Positions 1-11,227 of a DNA stretch of 64,000 nt are shown one piece after another. Under the pieces are notes generated by a model. It was given only the letters and a program-made list of their open reading frames with translations, was not told the DNA's origin and did no database searches. The stretch is taken from contig CBDCOX010000002.1 in NCBI GenBank assembly GCA_965219995.1, positions 544,001-608,000 of the forward strand, given 5' to 3'. Position numbers and translations under genes: made by a program. Numbering within the stretch: the stretch's first letter is position 1; every line of letters begins with the position of its first letter. The stretch is from Candidatus Latescibacterota bacterium (GTDB lineage Bacteria > Latescibacterota > UBA2968 > GCA-2709665).

Positions 1-720
1 CACGACCCCTATTGCGACCCCGGCGCCGCCGCGGTCTCCTTCTATCGCCGCGCTTTTGACGACGATGCCCTGGATCGCCGGATCCGGAGGGTGATCGGGC
101 GGTTTCCGGACGAGGAACACGGCGAACTCGTGCTGATGGTGCCGGAGATTTCGAGGATGGTCCTTCCCGGCGTCGGGAAGCGGGCGGATATGCTGCACTG
201 GGGCGTGCAGGCAGGCGGCATGGAACGGATCGTTCCAACGCGCGAGCCCTGCACGGCCGCGTTGACGCTGGCTTTCCAGATAACGGGCGACCTTTCGTAC
301 GCATCGCGGGCGTTGAAGCAGGCGGCGCGGAAGTTGAGGGTGGCGCGGCGGGTGTTGCGGGGCGGACGGGAGCACGCGGACATGGGCGGAGCAGTGTGCT
401 CCGTGGCCGCCGGCCATGGGCGGAACTGGGGTACCGGAGCGGTTACCGGATGCTACGGTCCCCTTTTGCTGGGAGCCTCGGAACGCCTGGGCGCGTTGAT
501 GCCCGCGGTGGAGTTCCGCCGTTCCGACGGGGAACCCGGATTGCCGATGCAGGTGGTTTCCCTGGTCGTTCCGGCAGGCCCGTCGAAGGGAAGCGTCCGG
601 ATCTACAACGGCGGCGACGAGGATACGGCAATGTCGTGGCGGGAGACCGGAGCGGCGTGGCAGGACGTCTCAATCCCGCCCGGCGGTGAAACGAGGGCGG
701 TCCTGGAGGAGTTTGCCTGA
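1..720 (+). CDS. Hypothetical protein, 5'-truncated by the window edge
   Basis: Frame is open from base 1; its stop overlaps the ATG of the next gene (TGATG). Confidence 0.55.
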   Translation, partial: HDPYCDPGAAAVSFYRRAFDDDALDRRIRRVIGRFPDEEHGELVLMVPEISRMVLPGVGKRADMLHWGVQAGGMERIVPTREPCTAALTLAFQITGDLSYASRALKQAARKLRVARRVLRGGREHADMGGAVCSVAAGHGRNWGTGAVTGCYGPLLLGASERLGALMPAVEFRRSDGEPGLPMQVVSLVVPAGPSKGSVRIYNGGDEDTAMSWRETGAAWQDVSIPPGGETRAVLEEFA

Positions 721-1700
721 TGAGATACCGCTTGTTGGGACAGACCGGACTGATGGTTTCGGAGATCGGACTCGGCGCGTTTCCGATTTCGGGCATGCAG
801 GCCCGGGCCGACGGCACCGCGTTCGGGTGGACGGGCACGAACGATGACGAGTCCGTGGCGCTGATCCATCGCTGCGAGGAACTCGGCATCAACCTGATCG
901 ATTCCGCGGAGAGCTATGGCGAAGGTCACAGTGAGATACTCACCGGAAAAGCACTTCGAGGGCGGAGACACAAATGGGTCGTGGCCACTAAAGTCGGGCC
1001 GAACGCGGGTATCGATCCTGAAGCGCGGGATGAGTCAGCGGTCCGGCGTCGGCTTACAGAGGCGTGCGAGCTCAGCCTCAAGCGGTTGGGAATGGACCAC
1101 GTCGACGTCTATCAGCTGCATGCCGTACCGTACGAGTGGGCGATGCCGTCGGTCATGGACGCGCTGGCGAAGCTCCGGCAGGCCGGCAAGGTGCGGTGGT
1201 ACGGCATTTCGACCAATGATCGGAAGGCGGTCGAAAGGCTCCGGACGCTGGGGCCCGTACACATGCTGCAGGTGGGCTATAATCTCCTGGAACGAACGGC
1301 CGACAGCCTGCTGCGATGGGCGAAGGACGAGAACATCGGCACGTTGATTCGCGTGCCGCTGGCAAAGGGGCAACTGACAGGAAGGTATTTCGGCCCCGAA
1401 GCGCGATCGATCCCGGAAAACGACGTGCGGTACGAACGATTCAACAAACCCGAAACGGTTGACGGCCTGAAACGTCTTCCGCAGTTGCTGTTCCTGCGGA
1501 ACCGGTCGCGAACCATGGCCCAGGCGGCGCTGCGTTTCGTACTGGACCACCCGGGCGTGTCGTGCGTGATCGCCGGGGCCAGGAACCGCCGGCAGGTGGA
1601 GGAGAACGCCCGTACCGTGGAAATGCCGCCCCTGACCGATGCGGAGCTCGAACGGGCGATCCCGGTCGCGGATACCATCGGCACGCCGGGGTGGATTTAG
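720..1700 (+). CDS. Aldo/keto reductase
   Basis: MRYRLLGQTGLMVSEIGLG, GINLIDSAESYG, ATK, SLKRLGMDHVDVYQLH motifs. Confidence 0.92.
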   Translation: MRYRLLGQTGLMVSEIGLGAFPISGMQARADGTAFGWTGTNDDESVALIHRCEELGINLIDSAESYGEGHSEILTGKALRGRRHKWVVATKVGPNAGIDPEARDESAVRRRLTEACELSLKRLGMDHVDVYQLHAVPYEWAMPSVMDALAKLRQAGKVRWYGISTNDRKAVERLRTLGPVHMLQVGYNLLERTADSLLRWAKDENIGTLIRVPLAKGQLTGRYFGPEARSIPENDVRYERFNKPETVDGLKRLPQLLFLRNRSRTMAQAALRFVLDHPGVSCVIAGARNRRQVEENARTVEMPPLTDAELERAIPVADTIGTPGWI

Positions 1701-1713
1701 TCCGAGGTTGCTT

Positions 1714-2976
1714 ATGTCGTCTGCGGTTCGAATTGGCATTGTGGGTTGCGGACGGATTCTGAACGCGCATCTGCGCGGGTTCCGAATCCTTCAGGAGAAG
1801 GGATTGGGGGATCTCTTCAGGGTAACGGCGCTTTGCGCGAGACGGACCGAGGATGCCCTCCGGTTTCGAACGCGGGGCGAAGGGCCGGGACCCAGACCGG
1901 CGCCAGTGGAGGCGCCGGGCGACCCCTTGAATGCCCCCCACTCCTACATCAGCGATCTGCATCCTGGCCTGGAAACGGCGATTTACACCGACTATCGCGA
2001 GATGCTGGAAAGCGGTCCGGTCGACGCGGTGTGCGTCCTGACGGGGCACGATACGCATCACACGATCGCCATCGACGCCATGTGTGCCGGCAGACACGTG
2101 ACGGTGGAAAAGCCGATGGCGATTTCGGTAAGGGCCGCGCAGAGGATGTGCGAGGTGGCATCGGAAACGGACACGGTGCTAAGTGTCGCGGAGAACGTGA
2201 ATTTCACCCCGGCTGTACGGGCGAACCGCTGGGCCGTAAGACGGGGCCTGATCGGCGACGTGCAGATGGTCTACCGCGGCGCGATCGGGTTCCGTTCTCA
2301 CCGCCCGGACCTGGTGGCCGCGCGAACCCGCTGGAGGCAATCGCAACTGGGCGCGGGCGGCGGCGTGTCCATCGATCTGGGGGTGCATCTTTTCAACGGC
2401 GTTCGGACGACTTGCGGACCGGTGCAGTCGGTGCAGGCCCTGTGGCGGATTCTGGAGCCCGTAAGGGTGCTGATGTCGGACGACGACCGCAACGTCGCGG
2501 ATGAAGTCGAAAACCAGGTGGACGACGTGTTTTTTTCCAATTTCAGGCTCGCGAACGGCGCCATCGGGCATATGGCGGTGGCCAGAAGCGCCAGGGGAAC
2601 GCAGATCGGGGTGCCGGGAGGAACGAATGTATTCGGGAGCGAGGGGGCGTTGTCCGACGGAAAGGTGTTCAGCGGGGATGGGGAAGCGGAAGACGTTCTG
2701 GAGCGATTTGGGCGGGAGGCCCCGGAACGGGACCGGGAAGAAACGATGCCCGTGGGGATCACGGATGCGTTCGCGCTGGAGAACCTGGACTGGCTGCGTG
2801 CGATACGCGACGGATCGCCGGCGCGGATGTCCGGGGAGGAGGGGACGATCGACCTGGCACTGAGCTACGCCATCCTGGAGTCGGGGATGCTGGGCCGAGA
2901 AGTGACGCTGGACGAGATGTTGACCGGAGAGGTGGACGGCTACCAGAAGCCGATCAACGCACGCTACGGGTTGTAA
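1714..2976 (+). CDS. Gfo/Idh/MocA family oxidoreductase
   Basis: RIGIVGCG Rossmann motif, HVTVEKPMA, DLGVH; start moved to ATG 1714 after GAGG. Confidence 0.88.
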   Translation: MSSAVRIGIVGCGRILNAHLRGFRILQEKGLGDLFRVTALCARRTEDALRFRTRGEGPGPRPAPVEAPGDPLNAPHSYISDLHPGLETAIYTDYREMLESGPVDAVCVLTGHDTHHTIAIDAMCAGRHVTVEKPMAISVRAAQRMCEVASETDTVLSVAENVNFTPAVRANRWAVRRGLIGDVQMVYRGAIGFRSHRPDLVAARTRWRQSQLGAGGGVSIDLGVHLFNGVRTTCGPVQSVQALWRILEPVRVLMSDDDRNVADEVENQVDDVFFSNFRLANGAIGHMAVARSARGTQIGVPGGTNVFGSEGALSDGKVFSGDGEAEDVLERFGREAPERDREETMPVGITDAFALENLDWLRAIRDGSPARMSGEEGTIDLALSYAILESGMLGREVTLDEMLTGEVDGYQKPINARYGL

Positions 2977-3048
2977 CGTCCAGGCGGGAATTCCGCTCCT
3001 GCCGCAGCCCACCTGCCAGGGAGCGGGTGGGTTTCCTGTTGGGATGGA

Positions 3049-3627
3049 TCAGCGTTTTTCGATGACGATGTTGCGGAACCAGATCCGGCTGTTGTGGTCC
3101 TGAAGGCCGATGTACCCGGCTTCGGTCATTTCGCAATACGCGCGGTTGAACTTGTTGGGCGTGCCGTCCGGGTTCCGGCCCGGAGTGGTCCAACCGCTCA
3201 GGTCCATTTCGGTGACTTGCTCGCCGTTCAGGGCAACCCGGATGTCGTTGTCCACGGCGTATATTTCCATTTGGTTCCATTCGCCCGCGGGTTTGCAGGC
3301 GTTGTGCGTGGGGGCCTGTACATCGTACACCGCGCCGCAGCATTTTGTGGTGGCGGGTTCCCGTCCGTGTGTATCCAGGATCTGGATTTCAATGCCGGTC
3401 TGCACGGGGTCGTCCAGATCCGTCCATCGGAAGAACACGCCGCTGTTGGCCCCGGGCGGGTGTCTGAACTCCAGCGATAGCTCGAAATCCCTGAACAGGT
3501 CGTTGGTGTAATAGAGGTATTGTCCTTTATCGGCGGTGCAGTAAATGCACCCTTGATCTACGGTCCAACCGTCGGGATTGCCGGTGGCTGCCCAGCCGTT
3601 GAGGGTTGTTCCGTCGAATCGTTGCAT
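3049..3627 (-). CDS. DUF1080 / 3-keto-disaccharide hydrolase domain protein
   Basis: FDGTTLNGW, ANSGVFFR, EIQILD, GEWN, GYIGLQDH, WFRNI motifs; AGAAAGGA RBS before ATG. Confidence 0.88.
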   Translation of the reverse strand: MQRFDGTTLNGWAATGNPDGWTVDQGCIYCTADKGQYLYYTNDLFRDFELSLEFRHPPGANSGVFFRWTDLDDPVQTGIEIQILDTHGREPATTKCCGAVYDVQAPTHNACKPAGEWNQMEIYAVDNDIRVALNGEQVTEMDLSGWTTPGRNPDGTPNKFNRAYCEMTEAGYIGLQDHNSRIWFRNIVIEKR

Positions 3628-3784
3628 GGATCGTCCTTTCTGAGAAACGGAAGCGGAGATTTTGCACCGGAGCGAGCGAGGTTCCGGCAGCATTGCCCGC
3701 GGGATCAAGGAACCATTACGTGGCAATATCTGTCAAATCGGGTGAAAAATAAAGTGAAAGTCACACGCTTCGGGAGGGAATCTC

Positions 3785-5086
3785 ATGGTCTGGCAATTCA
3801 CGCGCGTGATATGTTTCCTGGTGCTCTTTCCGCTCGGTGTTTACGCCGATAACTGGCCGGAGTGGCGCGGGCCGCGGCAGAATGGGGTGAGTTCCGCCCG
3901 GAATCTCCCCACGTCATGGAGCCTTGAAGAGAATATCGTCTGGAAGGTCGAATTGCCTTCGTGGAGCGGCAGCACACCCGTGATATGGGAAGACCGCATC
4001 TTCCTGACGTCTCCGTCTCCCGCCCAAAAGCCGGAGGAACGGGAACCGGGCGGGCCCGAGATATACATCCTGTGTCTTTCGAGGAAAGACGGCAGTGTGC
4101 AATGGCGGCACAAACTGGGCGACGGCAATGTATTGTGGCGCAAACACAACAGCACGTCCCCCTCGCCGGTTACCGATGGCGCGCACGTGTGGGTCGTCAC
4201 CGGCAACGGGGTCGTGACGTGCCTCAATATGAGCGGAAAGCCCATCTGGACGCGCGATATTCAAAAGGACTACGGAGATTTCGGTCTGAATTTCGGGTAT
4301 GCGTCGTCGCCGATCCTGGTTGACGGCAAGCTCGTCCTGCAGGTGCTCCACGGATCGTATACGGACGATTCCTCGTATATCGTCGCGATGGACGCCGCGA
4401 ACGGACGGGAAGTCTGGCGCGAAGTGCGCGCGACCGATGCGGTGCGGGAGTCTCCCGATTCGTACACGACCCCCGCGCTGCTGGAGCACGACGGCAGGAC
4501 GCAGATTGTCATTACGGGCGGGGATTGCGTGACGGGGCACGATCCGTCGACGGGACGTGAAGTCTGGCGGGCATACGGGTTGAATCCGGAGCGCAGGGGC
4601 AACTATCGCATCGTGGCGTCGCCCGTGGTCGTCGGCAACATGATATATGCGCCGACCCGGCGGCGTCCCCTGCTGGCCCTGGCGGCCGGCGGGACCGGAG
4701 ACGTCTCCCGGAACGTGAGGTGGAGGTGGGAGGGCGCCGGCGCACCCGATGTGCCCACGCCGGTCTGTGACGGAAAGTACTTTTACATGGTGGACGATCG
4801 CGGTCTGGCGACCTGCCTCGACGCGAAGACCGGCGCCGTCGTATGGGGTCCTGAACGGACGGCACAGGGTGTCGTGAGCGCGTCGCCTCATCTCGCAGAC
4901 GGCAAGCTGTTTCTCCTGAATGAATACGCCGTGACGACCGTGCTGGCCGCCGGCCCCGAGTTCAAGGTCCTGGCGACCAATGAACTGGACGATACGTACA
5001 CGCTTTCATCGCCGGTGTCCGCCGGATCCCGGCTCTTTGTACGGACGGCGACGCATTTGTATTGTATCGGGCATAAAACCGAGTAA
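3785..5086 (+). CDS. PQQ-binding-like beta-propeller repeat protein with signal peptide
   Basis: Signal peptide then NWPEWRGP; repeated SSP/TP propeller blades. Confidence 0.88.
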   Translation: MVWQFTRVICFLVLFPLGVYADNWPEWRGPRQNGVSSARNLPTSWSLEENIVWKVELPSWSGSTPVIWEDRIFLTSPSPAQKPEEREPGGPEIYILCLSRKDGSVQWRHKLGDGNVLWRKHNSTSPSPVTDGAHVWVVTGNGVVTCLNMSGKPIWTRDIQKDYGDFGLNFGYASSPILVDGKLVLQVLHGSYTDDSSYIVAMDAANGREVWREVRATDAVRESPDSYTTPALLEHDGRTQIVITGGDCVTGHDPSTGREVWRAYGLNPERRGNYRIVASPVVVGNMIYAPTRRRPLLALAAGGTGDVSRNVRWRWEGAGAPDVPTPVCDGKYFYMVDDRGLATCLDAKTGAVVWGPERTAQGVVSASPHLADGKLFLLNEYAVTTVLAAGPEFKVLATNELDDTYTLSSPVSAGSRLFVRTATHLYCIGHKTE

Positions 5087-5118
5087 GGACGGGTCATTGT
5101 TGCGAATCCGGATAGGCG

Positions 5119-5146
5119 TTGACACGGTGATGCAGAATGATATATT
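5119..5146 (+). promoter_or_regulatory. Sigma70-type promoter
   Basis: TTGACA, 16 bp, TATATT with an extended -10 TG, upstream of the oxidoreductase at 5269. Confidence 0.55.
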
Positions 5147-5268
5147 GATGCCGTTTGCGACGTGCCGTCCCGGTAACGGGTTGCCTGCATCGTCGGTAGA
5201 TCGGCGGGGTATGTTCGGGACAGGGCGTCGATGCGGATTCGAATACGGAATTGTACAAGGGGGAATCA

Positions 5269-6432
5269 ATGAAACTGAATATCGGCCTTCTGGGGTATTC
5301 GTTCATGGGCAAGGCGCACAGCAACGCGTTCCGGAAGGTCCCGATGTTTTTCCCGGATACGGGCGTCGAGCCGGTGATGAAGGTGATTTGCGGTTCCAAC
5401 CGGGAGAACGTAGCTGAAGCGGCGCGCACGTTCGGCTGGGAGGAGTACCATACGAACTGGGAGGACGTGGTCGCCCGCGACGACATCGACGTGATCGATA
5501 TCTGTACGCCCGGAAACCTGCATATGCCGATGGCGATCGCCGCCCTGGAGGCCGGGAAGCACGTGATCTGCGAGAAGCCGCTTGCGAATAACCTGGACGA
5601 GGCCACGGCCATGCTGCGGGCCGCCGGGAACTCCCGCGGGAAGACCATGGTCGCGTACAACTACCGGCGCGTGCCGGCCGTGGCCCTCGCGAGACGGTTG
5701 ATCGAGGAGGGGAGAATCGGACAGATCTACCACTGGCGGGCGGTGTACCTGCAGGACTGGATCATCGATCCCGACTTCCCGATGGTGTGGCGATTCGAGA
5801 AGGACAAGGCGGGTTCAGGGCCGCACGGAGACCTCAATGCGCATATCGTCGATCTGGCGCTGCATCTGGTGGGAGATATCGATTCGGTCGTCGGGGCCGA
5901 CACCACGTTTATCAGGAAACGCCCGCTGGCGGAGTCCATCGATGCCTCGCTGGGCGCCACGGGAAGCACGTCCGAACGCATGGGAACCGTAACCGTGGAC
6001 GATGCAACCCTGTTCCTGGCGCGATTCCGGAACGGTGCGCTGGGTTCGTTCGAAGCCACCCGGTTTGCAGCCGGCAGGCGCAACCACAACCGGTTTGAAA
6101 TCAACGGAAGCAAGGGCAGCCTGGCGTTCAACCTGGAAAAGATGAACGAGCTGCAGTTCTATTCCCGGGAGGACGAGGGGCATATTCAGGGATTCCGTGA
6201 AATCATCGTGAACGAAGGCGAGCATCCGTACCTATCGGCCTGGTGGCCGCCGGGCCATATCATCGGGTGGGAACATACGTTTGTACATGAGGTCAAGGAC
6301 TTCTTCGAAGCGATCGCAAACGACCGGGAGGCGTCGCCGAATTTCAGGGAAGGCGCAAGGGTCCAGGCCGTACTGGAAGCGGCGAGCGATTCGGCGCGGT
6401 CTGACCGGTGGCGGGGCGTCCCGGACGTGTAA
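5269..6432 (+). CDS. Gfo/Idh/MocA family oxidoreductase
   Basis: [43 protein letters not shown]. Confidence 0.92.
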   Translation: MKLNIGLLGYSFMGKAHSNAFRKVPMFFPDTGVEPVMKVICGSNRENVAEAARTFGWEEYHTNWEDVVARDDIDVIDICTPGNLHMPMAIAALEAGKHVICEKPLANNLDEATAMLRAAGNSRGKTMVAYNYRRVPAVALARRLIEEGRIGQIYHWRAVYLQDWIIDPDFPMVWRFEKDKAGSGPHGDLNAHIVDLALHLVGDIDSVVGADTTFIRKRPLAESIDASLGATGSTSERMGTVTVDDATLFLARFRNGALGSFEATRFAAGRRNHNRFEINGSKGSLAFNLEKMNELQFYSREDEGHIQGFREIIVNEGEHPYLSAWWPPGHIIGWEHTFVHEVKDFFEAIANDREASPNFREGARVQAVLEAASDSARSDRWRGVPDV

Positions 6433-6500
6433 CCTGTTCCGTCCGCCTGAACGGTTTACATCGCAGGCGGGGCCGGGAGCATCTGGAAGGAGTTTCGGTT

Positions 6501-7499
6501 ATGGCAAGACCCTGTACTTTGTTTACCGGTCAGTGGGCGGATCTCCCCCTGGAGGTGATGGCGGAGAAAGCGGCCGAATTCGGATACGACGGTCTGGAGC
6601 TTGCCTGCTGGGGAGACCATCTCGATGTTCGCGAGGCGGCCTCCAGCGACGGATATTGCCGAGGCCGGCACGAGATCCTGGAAAAGCACGGGCTGAAGTT
6701 CTGGGCGATCAGCAATCATCTCAGCGGGCAGGCGGTCTGCGACAATATCGACGAACGTCACCAGGCGATTCTGCCGCCGCACGTGTGGGGGAACGGGAAT
6801 CCGGACGACGTGAAACGCCGCGCGGCCGAGGACATGATGACATCGGCCGAGGCAGCGAGGGCGCTGGGCGTGCGCGTGGTCAACGGGTTCACCGGGTCGT
6901 CCATCTGGCATTTGCTTTATTCGTTCCCTCCGGAATCTCCCGATGCGATCGATGCGGGATTCAGGGATTTCGCGGATCGATGGAATCCCATTCTCGACGC
7001 ATTCGAAAAGAACGACGTGCGGTTCGCCCTTGAGGTGCATCCAACGGAAATCGCGTTCGATGTCTCGTCCGCCGCGCGGGCGGTGCAGGCGCTGGGGGGA
7101 AGAAGCGAGTTCGGATTCAACTACGATCCCAGCCATCTGGTCTATCAGAACGTGGATTACGTGGCGTTCATTCGGGAATTCAGTGATCGCATCTACCACG
7201 TACATATGAAAGACGCGTATCTGTCGCCGCTGCCCACGCGAGCGGGAGTCTTCGGCGGACACACCGAGTTCGGCGACCCCGATCGCTCCTGGGATTTCCG
7301 ATCCCTGGGCCGCGGCAGCGTGGACTTTGAGGAAGTCATTCGCGCGTTGAACGACATTGGCTACGGCGGCCCCCTGTCCGTGGAGTGGGAAGATTCCGGA
7401 ATGGACCGGGAACACGGGGCCGCGGAGGCTTGCGCCTTTGTAAACAGCGTGGATTTCGAACCGTCGGCCGTGGCATTCGACGCGGCTTTTGCCGAATAG
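6501..7499 (+). CDS. Sugar phosphate isomerase/epimerase (xylose-isomerase-like TIM barrel)
   Basis: [45 protein letters not shown]; GAAGGAG RBS. Confidence 0.9.
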   Translation: MARPCTLFTGQWADLPLEVMAEKAAEFGYDGLELACWGDHLDVREAASSDGYCRGRHEILEKHGLKFWAISNHLSGQAVCDNIDERHQAILPPHVWGNGNPDDVKRRAAEDMMTSAEAARALGVRVVNGFTGSSIWHLLYSFPPESPDAIDAGFRDFADRWNPILDAFEKNDVRFALEVHPTEIAFDVSSAARAVQALGGRSEFGFNYDPSHLVYQNVDYVAFIREFSDRIYHVHMKDAYLSPLPTRAGVFGGHTEFGDPDRSWDFRSLGRGSVDFEEVIRALNDIGYGGPLSVEWEDSGMDREHGAAEACAFVNSVDFEPSAVAFDAAFAE

Positions 7500-7637
7500 G
7501 TACCGGACGTTTCCCACACGGTTACCGTGCCGGAAGCGGATCGCCGGACGGCGGCGGGTTTCCGGCACGTGACGCTGGCGGTCAGCAGGGCGTTGCCATA
7601 CGGCCCGCCGGCCGCTTTTTGGTACGGAGATTTTTGT

Positions 7638-9200
7638 ATGCGTATGCTTGTCGTTCTTCTGTTTCTGTTATCGACCGTGATCGCCTGCGTTGAAGAACGC
7701 CCCCGGACCCTCGTATTCGGAAGGGGCGGTGATACCGTGGGTCTGGATCCCGCGCTCGAGACCGACGGCGAATCATTCAAGGTATGCGACAACATATACG
7801 ATAACCTCGTCACCTTCCGGCCGGGGAATACCGAACTTGCGCCGGGTCTCGCGGAAGCGTGGACGGTTTCGGAAGACCTCAAGACGTGGACGTTTCGACT
7901 CAGGAAGAACGTGCGGTTCCACGACGGTACCCCGTTCAACGCTGACGCGGTGGTTTTTTCGCTCGCCCGACAGTACAGACCCGACCATCCGTTTCATCGT
8001 GTGGAAGGCGCATATCAGTATTGGAACAGCATGTCGATGAGCGACATTGTCAGTGACGTAAAGAGGGTGGACGACCACACGGTCGCCATTGAGCTGACCC
8101 GTCCGAATGCGCCGTTTCTGTCGAATCTCGCGATGAATTTCTGTGGCATCGTAAGTCCCTCCGCTGTACGGAAACACGGCGTAGACTTTCCCCGGCACCC
8201 CGTGGGTACGGGTCCGTTCCGGTTCGTTCAATGGATAAAGGACGACCGCGTGGTGCTGGAGCGATTTCCCGACTACTGGGGCGACGCGCCGCAGATCGAC
8301 CGGTTGATTTTCAGAAGCATTCCGGAGAATTCCGTGCGACTGATTGCCCTCATCCAGGGTTCGATCGACGGAATGGATCACCTCGTGCCCGATTTTATCC
8401 CGAATATCGAAGGACATCCGGAGCTTCGGCTTCTGACCCAGCCGGGAATGAACGTGGGGTACCTGGCAATGAACATGGACCGAGCGCCGTTCCATCTCAT
8501 CAAGGTGCGGCGTGCGGTGAATCACGCCATCAACAAGCAGGCGCTGGTGGATAATCTGTACCAGGGTCTGGCGCTTCCCGCGGTGAATCCGATTCCGCCG
8601 TCGATGTGGAGCTATCACGAAGGCATCGACGGCTACGCATACGATCCCGAACGGGCGCGGGAACTGCTGGAAGAAGCCGGCTACGCGGACGGATTCAAGA
8701 CGACGCTGTGGGCCATGCCCGTGCCGCGCCCTTATATGCCGCAGCCCAGGAAAATAGCCCAGGCCATCCAGGCCGACCTGCAGGCGGTGGGTATAGAAGC
8801 GGAAATCGTGAGTTACGAATGGGGAACCTATCTGGACAAGGTTTCGCGAGGTCAGCATGATATGGCGCTTCTGGGCTGGACGGGAGACAACGGCGACCCG
8901 GACAACTTTCTGTACGTCCTTCTGGACAAGAGCGCCACGCGGCATCCCGCCAATAACATCGCTTTCTACCGCAGCGACGAACTGCACGACGTGCTGGTGC
9001 AGGCGCAAAGGGAAGTCGACGTCGACGTCAGGACCGGGCTTTACCGGAAGGCGCAGGAGATCGTATTCCACGATGCGCCCTGGGCGCCCCTCGTGCACGC
9101 GGCCCAGACCGCCGCATTCAAGAAGACGGTGACCGGATTCACCCTGCATCCCACCGGAAGCAAGTGGTTCCAGCACGTTCGTATCGAGCAGGCGGACTGA
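7638..9200 (+). CDS. dppA: Dipeptide/oligopeptide ABC transporter substrate-binding lipoprotein
   Basis: Lipobox-like VIAC; PGLAEAW, LRKNVRFHDGTPFNADAV, PVGTGPF, WTGDNGDPDNF. Confidence 0.88.
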   Translation: MRMLVVLLFLLSTVIACVEERPRTLVFGRGGDTVGLDPALETDGESFKVCDNIYDNLVTFRPGNTELAPGLAEAWTVSEDLKTWTFRLRKNVRFHDGTPFNADAVVFSLARQYRPDHPFHRVEGAYQYWNSMSMSDIVSDVKRVDDHTVAIELTRPNAPFLSNLAMNFCGIVSPSAVRKHGVDFPRHPVGTGPFRFVQWIKDDRVVLERFPDYWGDAPQIDRLIFRSIPENSVRLIALIQGSIDGMDHLVPDFIPNIEGHPELRLLTQPGMNVGYLAMNMDRAPFHLIKVRRAVNHAINKQALVDNLYQGLALPAVNPIPPSMWSYHEGIDGYAYDPERARELLEEAGYADGFKTTLWAMPVPRPYMPQPRKIAQAIQADLQAVGIEAEIVSYEWGTYLDKVSRGQHDMALLGWTGDNGDPDNFLYVLLDKSATRHPANNIAFYRSDELHDVLVQAQREVDVDVRTGLYRKAQEIVFHDAPWAPLVHAAQTAAFKKTVTGFTLHPTGSKWFQHVRIEQAD

Positions 9201-9261
9201 AGGCGACGCCGGAAGCCGCGGAATTCGGCACGATCCTGAACACCTCGAGGCGACGCGCGCC

Positions 9262-10275
9262 ATGGGCGTCTACATCCTGAAACGGCTGCTTCTGCTGGTC
9301 CCCATGCTGCTGGGCATTGTGGCCCTGGTGTTTCTGATGATCCATTTCGTTCCAGGGGATCCGGCGCAGGTGATGCTGGGAGAACGCGCGAGCGCCGAAC
9401 AGGTGGCGGAACTGCGAAAGCAGTTGGGGCTTGACAGGGACCTGCATGTCCAGCTGGGTCTGTACCTGGCGGGATTGCTGCAGGGCGACCTGGGCCGTTC
9501 CTTCAAGTCCCATGCGAAAGTTTCCTCCGAGTTGCTGGCCAGGTTTCCCGCGACGCTCGAACTCACGTTGACGAGCATGCTGCTTGCCTGCGGCTTCGGG
9601 ATACTCGCCGGCGTGGTCTCGGCGTCACGAAAGGGGTCCGTCATGGATTATCTCAGCATGACGGCTTCCCTGGCGGGCCTCTCAATGCCGATTTTCTGGC
9701 TTGGACTGATGGTCATTCTGTTGATGTCGGTCTTTCTGGGGCTGTTTCCGGTTTCCGGACGGCTCAGTACCCACCTGTTCATTCCGGAGGTGACCGGGCT
9801 CTACATGATTGACAGCCTGCTGGCGTGGGACTGGCCGGCTTTCGGCGACGCGGCGTGGCATCTCGTGTTGCCCGGGCTTACGCTGGGCACCGTGCCAATG
9901 GCCGTCATTGCGCGGATGACGCGGTCCAGCCTTCTCGACGTGCTCAAAGAAGACTATGTGCGCACGGCGTGGGCGAAGGGACTCCCGGAACGAATCGTCA
10001 TTTTCCGGCACGCGCTCAAGAACGCGTTCATTCCTGTGCTGACCGTCATCAGCCTGCAGTTCGGATTCCTGCTCGGTGGAGCGGTCATCACGGAGACGAT
10101 TTTCGCCTGGCCGGGCGTGGGGCGCTGGCTGCTGCTCGCGGTATATTCGAGGGACTTCAGGGCCGTGCAGGGCGGGGTTCTGCTGGTTGCGCTGACCTTT
10201 GCCCTGATCAATCTCGTTGCGGACGTGATGTACGCGTGGCTGGACCCGCGGATCCGACAGCGGAGAGGAACATGA
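9262..10275 (+). CDS. dppB: Peptide ABC transporter permease
   Basis: PGDPA, FPATLEL, DYVRTAWAKG, ETIFAWPGVG, LDPRI. Confidence 0.9.
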   Translation: MGVYILKRLLLLVPMLLGIVALVFLMIHFVPGDPAQVMLGERASAEQVAELRKQLGLDRDLHVQLGLYLAGLLQGDLGRSFKSHAKVSSELLARFPATLELTLTSMLLACGFGILAGVVSASRKGSVMDYLSMTASLAGLSMPIFWLGLMVILLMSVFLGLFPVSGRLSTHLFIPEVTGLYMIDSLLAWDWPAFGDAAWHLVLPGLTLGTVPMAVIARMTRSSLLDVLKEDYVRTAWAKGLPERIVIFRHALKNAFIPVLTVISLQFGFLLGGAVITETIFAWPGVGRWLLLAVYSRDFRAVQGGVLLVALTFALINLVADVMYAWLDPRIRQRRGT

Positions 10276-11174
10276 ACCGGCCATTCCATCCTGGCGCGGG
10301 ACAGGCAGTGGAAGCCGGCGTTCTCCACGTTTCTTCGGTTTCCGGCTGGCGCGGGCTGTTCTGGAAGCGGCTCCTGAAGAACCGACTCGCGGCCGCCGGC
10401 GGCGGGGTCCTGTTGGTATTCCTGCTGCTGGCCGTCGCCGCGCCGCTGGTGGCGCCGCAAGATCCCCTTGCCCAGAACCTGTACGATCGCCTCCAACCCC
10501 CGTCGCTGGCCAATCCGTTCGGCACGGATGATTTCGGCAGGGACGTGTTGAGCCGTGTTATCCACGGTGCGCGGATATCGCTTCGGGTGGGGGTTACTGC
10601 AGTTCTGATCGCACTGGTCGTGGGCGTCCCGATCGGGCTGGCCTCGGGATACTGGGGCGGCGCCCTGGATCAGGCGCTGATGCGGGCAATGGACCTGATG
10701 CTCGCGTTTCCCAGCATCCTTCTGGCCATAGCCATTGTTGCGATCCTTGGACCGGGGCTGGAAAACGCGATGCTGGCCGTCGGAATCGTGGCGGTGCCGC
10801 AGTACGCGCGGCTGGTGCGGGCGTCGGCGCTGGCCGTGCGCGGACAGGATTACGTTCAGGCCGTGAGAGCGCTTGGCGGCGGTGATTTTCGAATCCTGTT
10901 TTCCTCGGTTCTACCGAACTGCCTTACGCCCCTGATCGTTCAGTCCACGCTGGGTCTGGCGACGGCCATTCTCGATGCGGCGGGCCTGAGCTTTCTGGGA
11001 TTGGGCGCGCAGCCGCCGTTGCCGGAGTGGGGTGCGATGTTGACCGGCGGACGGGAACTGGTACTGCGTGCGCCGTGGGTCCTGACGTTTCCCGGCCTCG
11101 CCATTTTCCTGACCGTACTGGCCTTTAACCTGGTCGGAGACGGATTGCGGGATGCACTGGATCCACGGACCTGA
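10272..11174 (+). CDS. dppC: Peptide ABC transporter permease
   Basis: FGTDDFGRDVLSR, FLGLGAQPPLPEWG, GDGLRDALDPR; ATGA overlap with dppB. Confidence 0.9.
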   Translation: MNRPFHPGAGQAVEAGVLHVSSVSGWRGLFWKRLLKNRLAAAGGGVLLVFLLLAVAAPLVAPQDPLAQNLYDRLQPPSLANPFGTDDFGRDVLSRVIHGARISLRVGVTAVLIALVVGVPIGLASGYWGGALDQALMRAMDLMLAFPSILLAIAIVAILGPGLENAMLAVGIVAVPQYARLVRASALAVRGQDYVQAVRALGGGDFRILFSSVLPNCLTPLIVQSTLGLATAILDAAGLSFLGLGAQPPLPEWGAMLTGGRELVLRAPWVLTFPGLAIFLTVLAFNLVGDGLRDALDPRT

Positions 11175-11192
11175 CCCGGCTGGAGAAAGCCT

Positions 11193-11221
11193 TTGACTTC
11201 CACGTTTCCGTGGCCTATATT
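11193..11221 (+). promoter_or_regulatory. Sigma70-type promoter of a candidate small transcript
   Basis: TTGACT, 17 bp, TATATT. Confidence 0.7.
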
Positions 11222-11227
11222 TTCGCT

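Noticed and set aside
7773-9263. Long opposite-strand ORFs here and throughout the window
   Set aside because: These are expected shadows in high-GC DNA, overlapping well-supported genes
7638-11174. dpp operon lacking ATPase genes as a novelty
   Set aside because: ABC ATPases are often encoded elsewhere; this cannot be judged from one window
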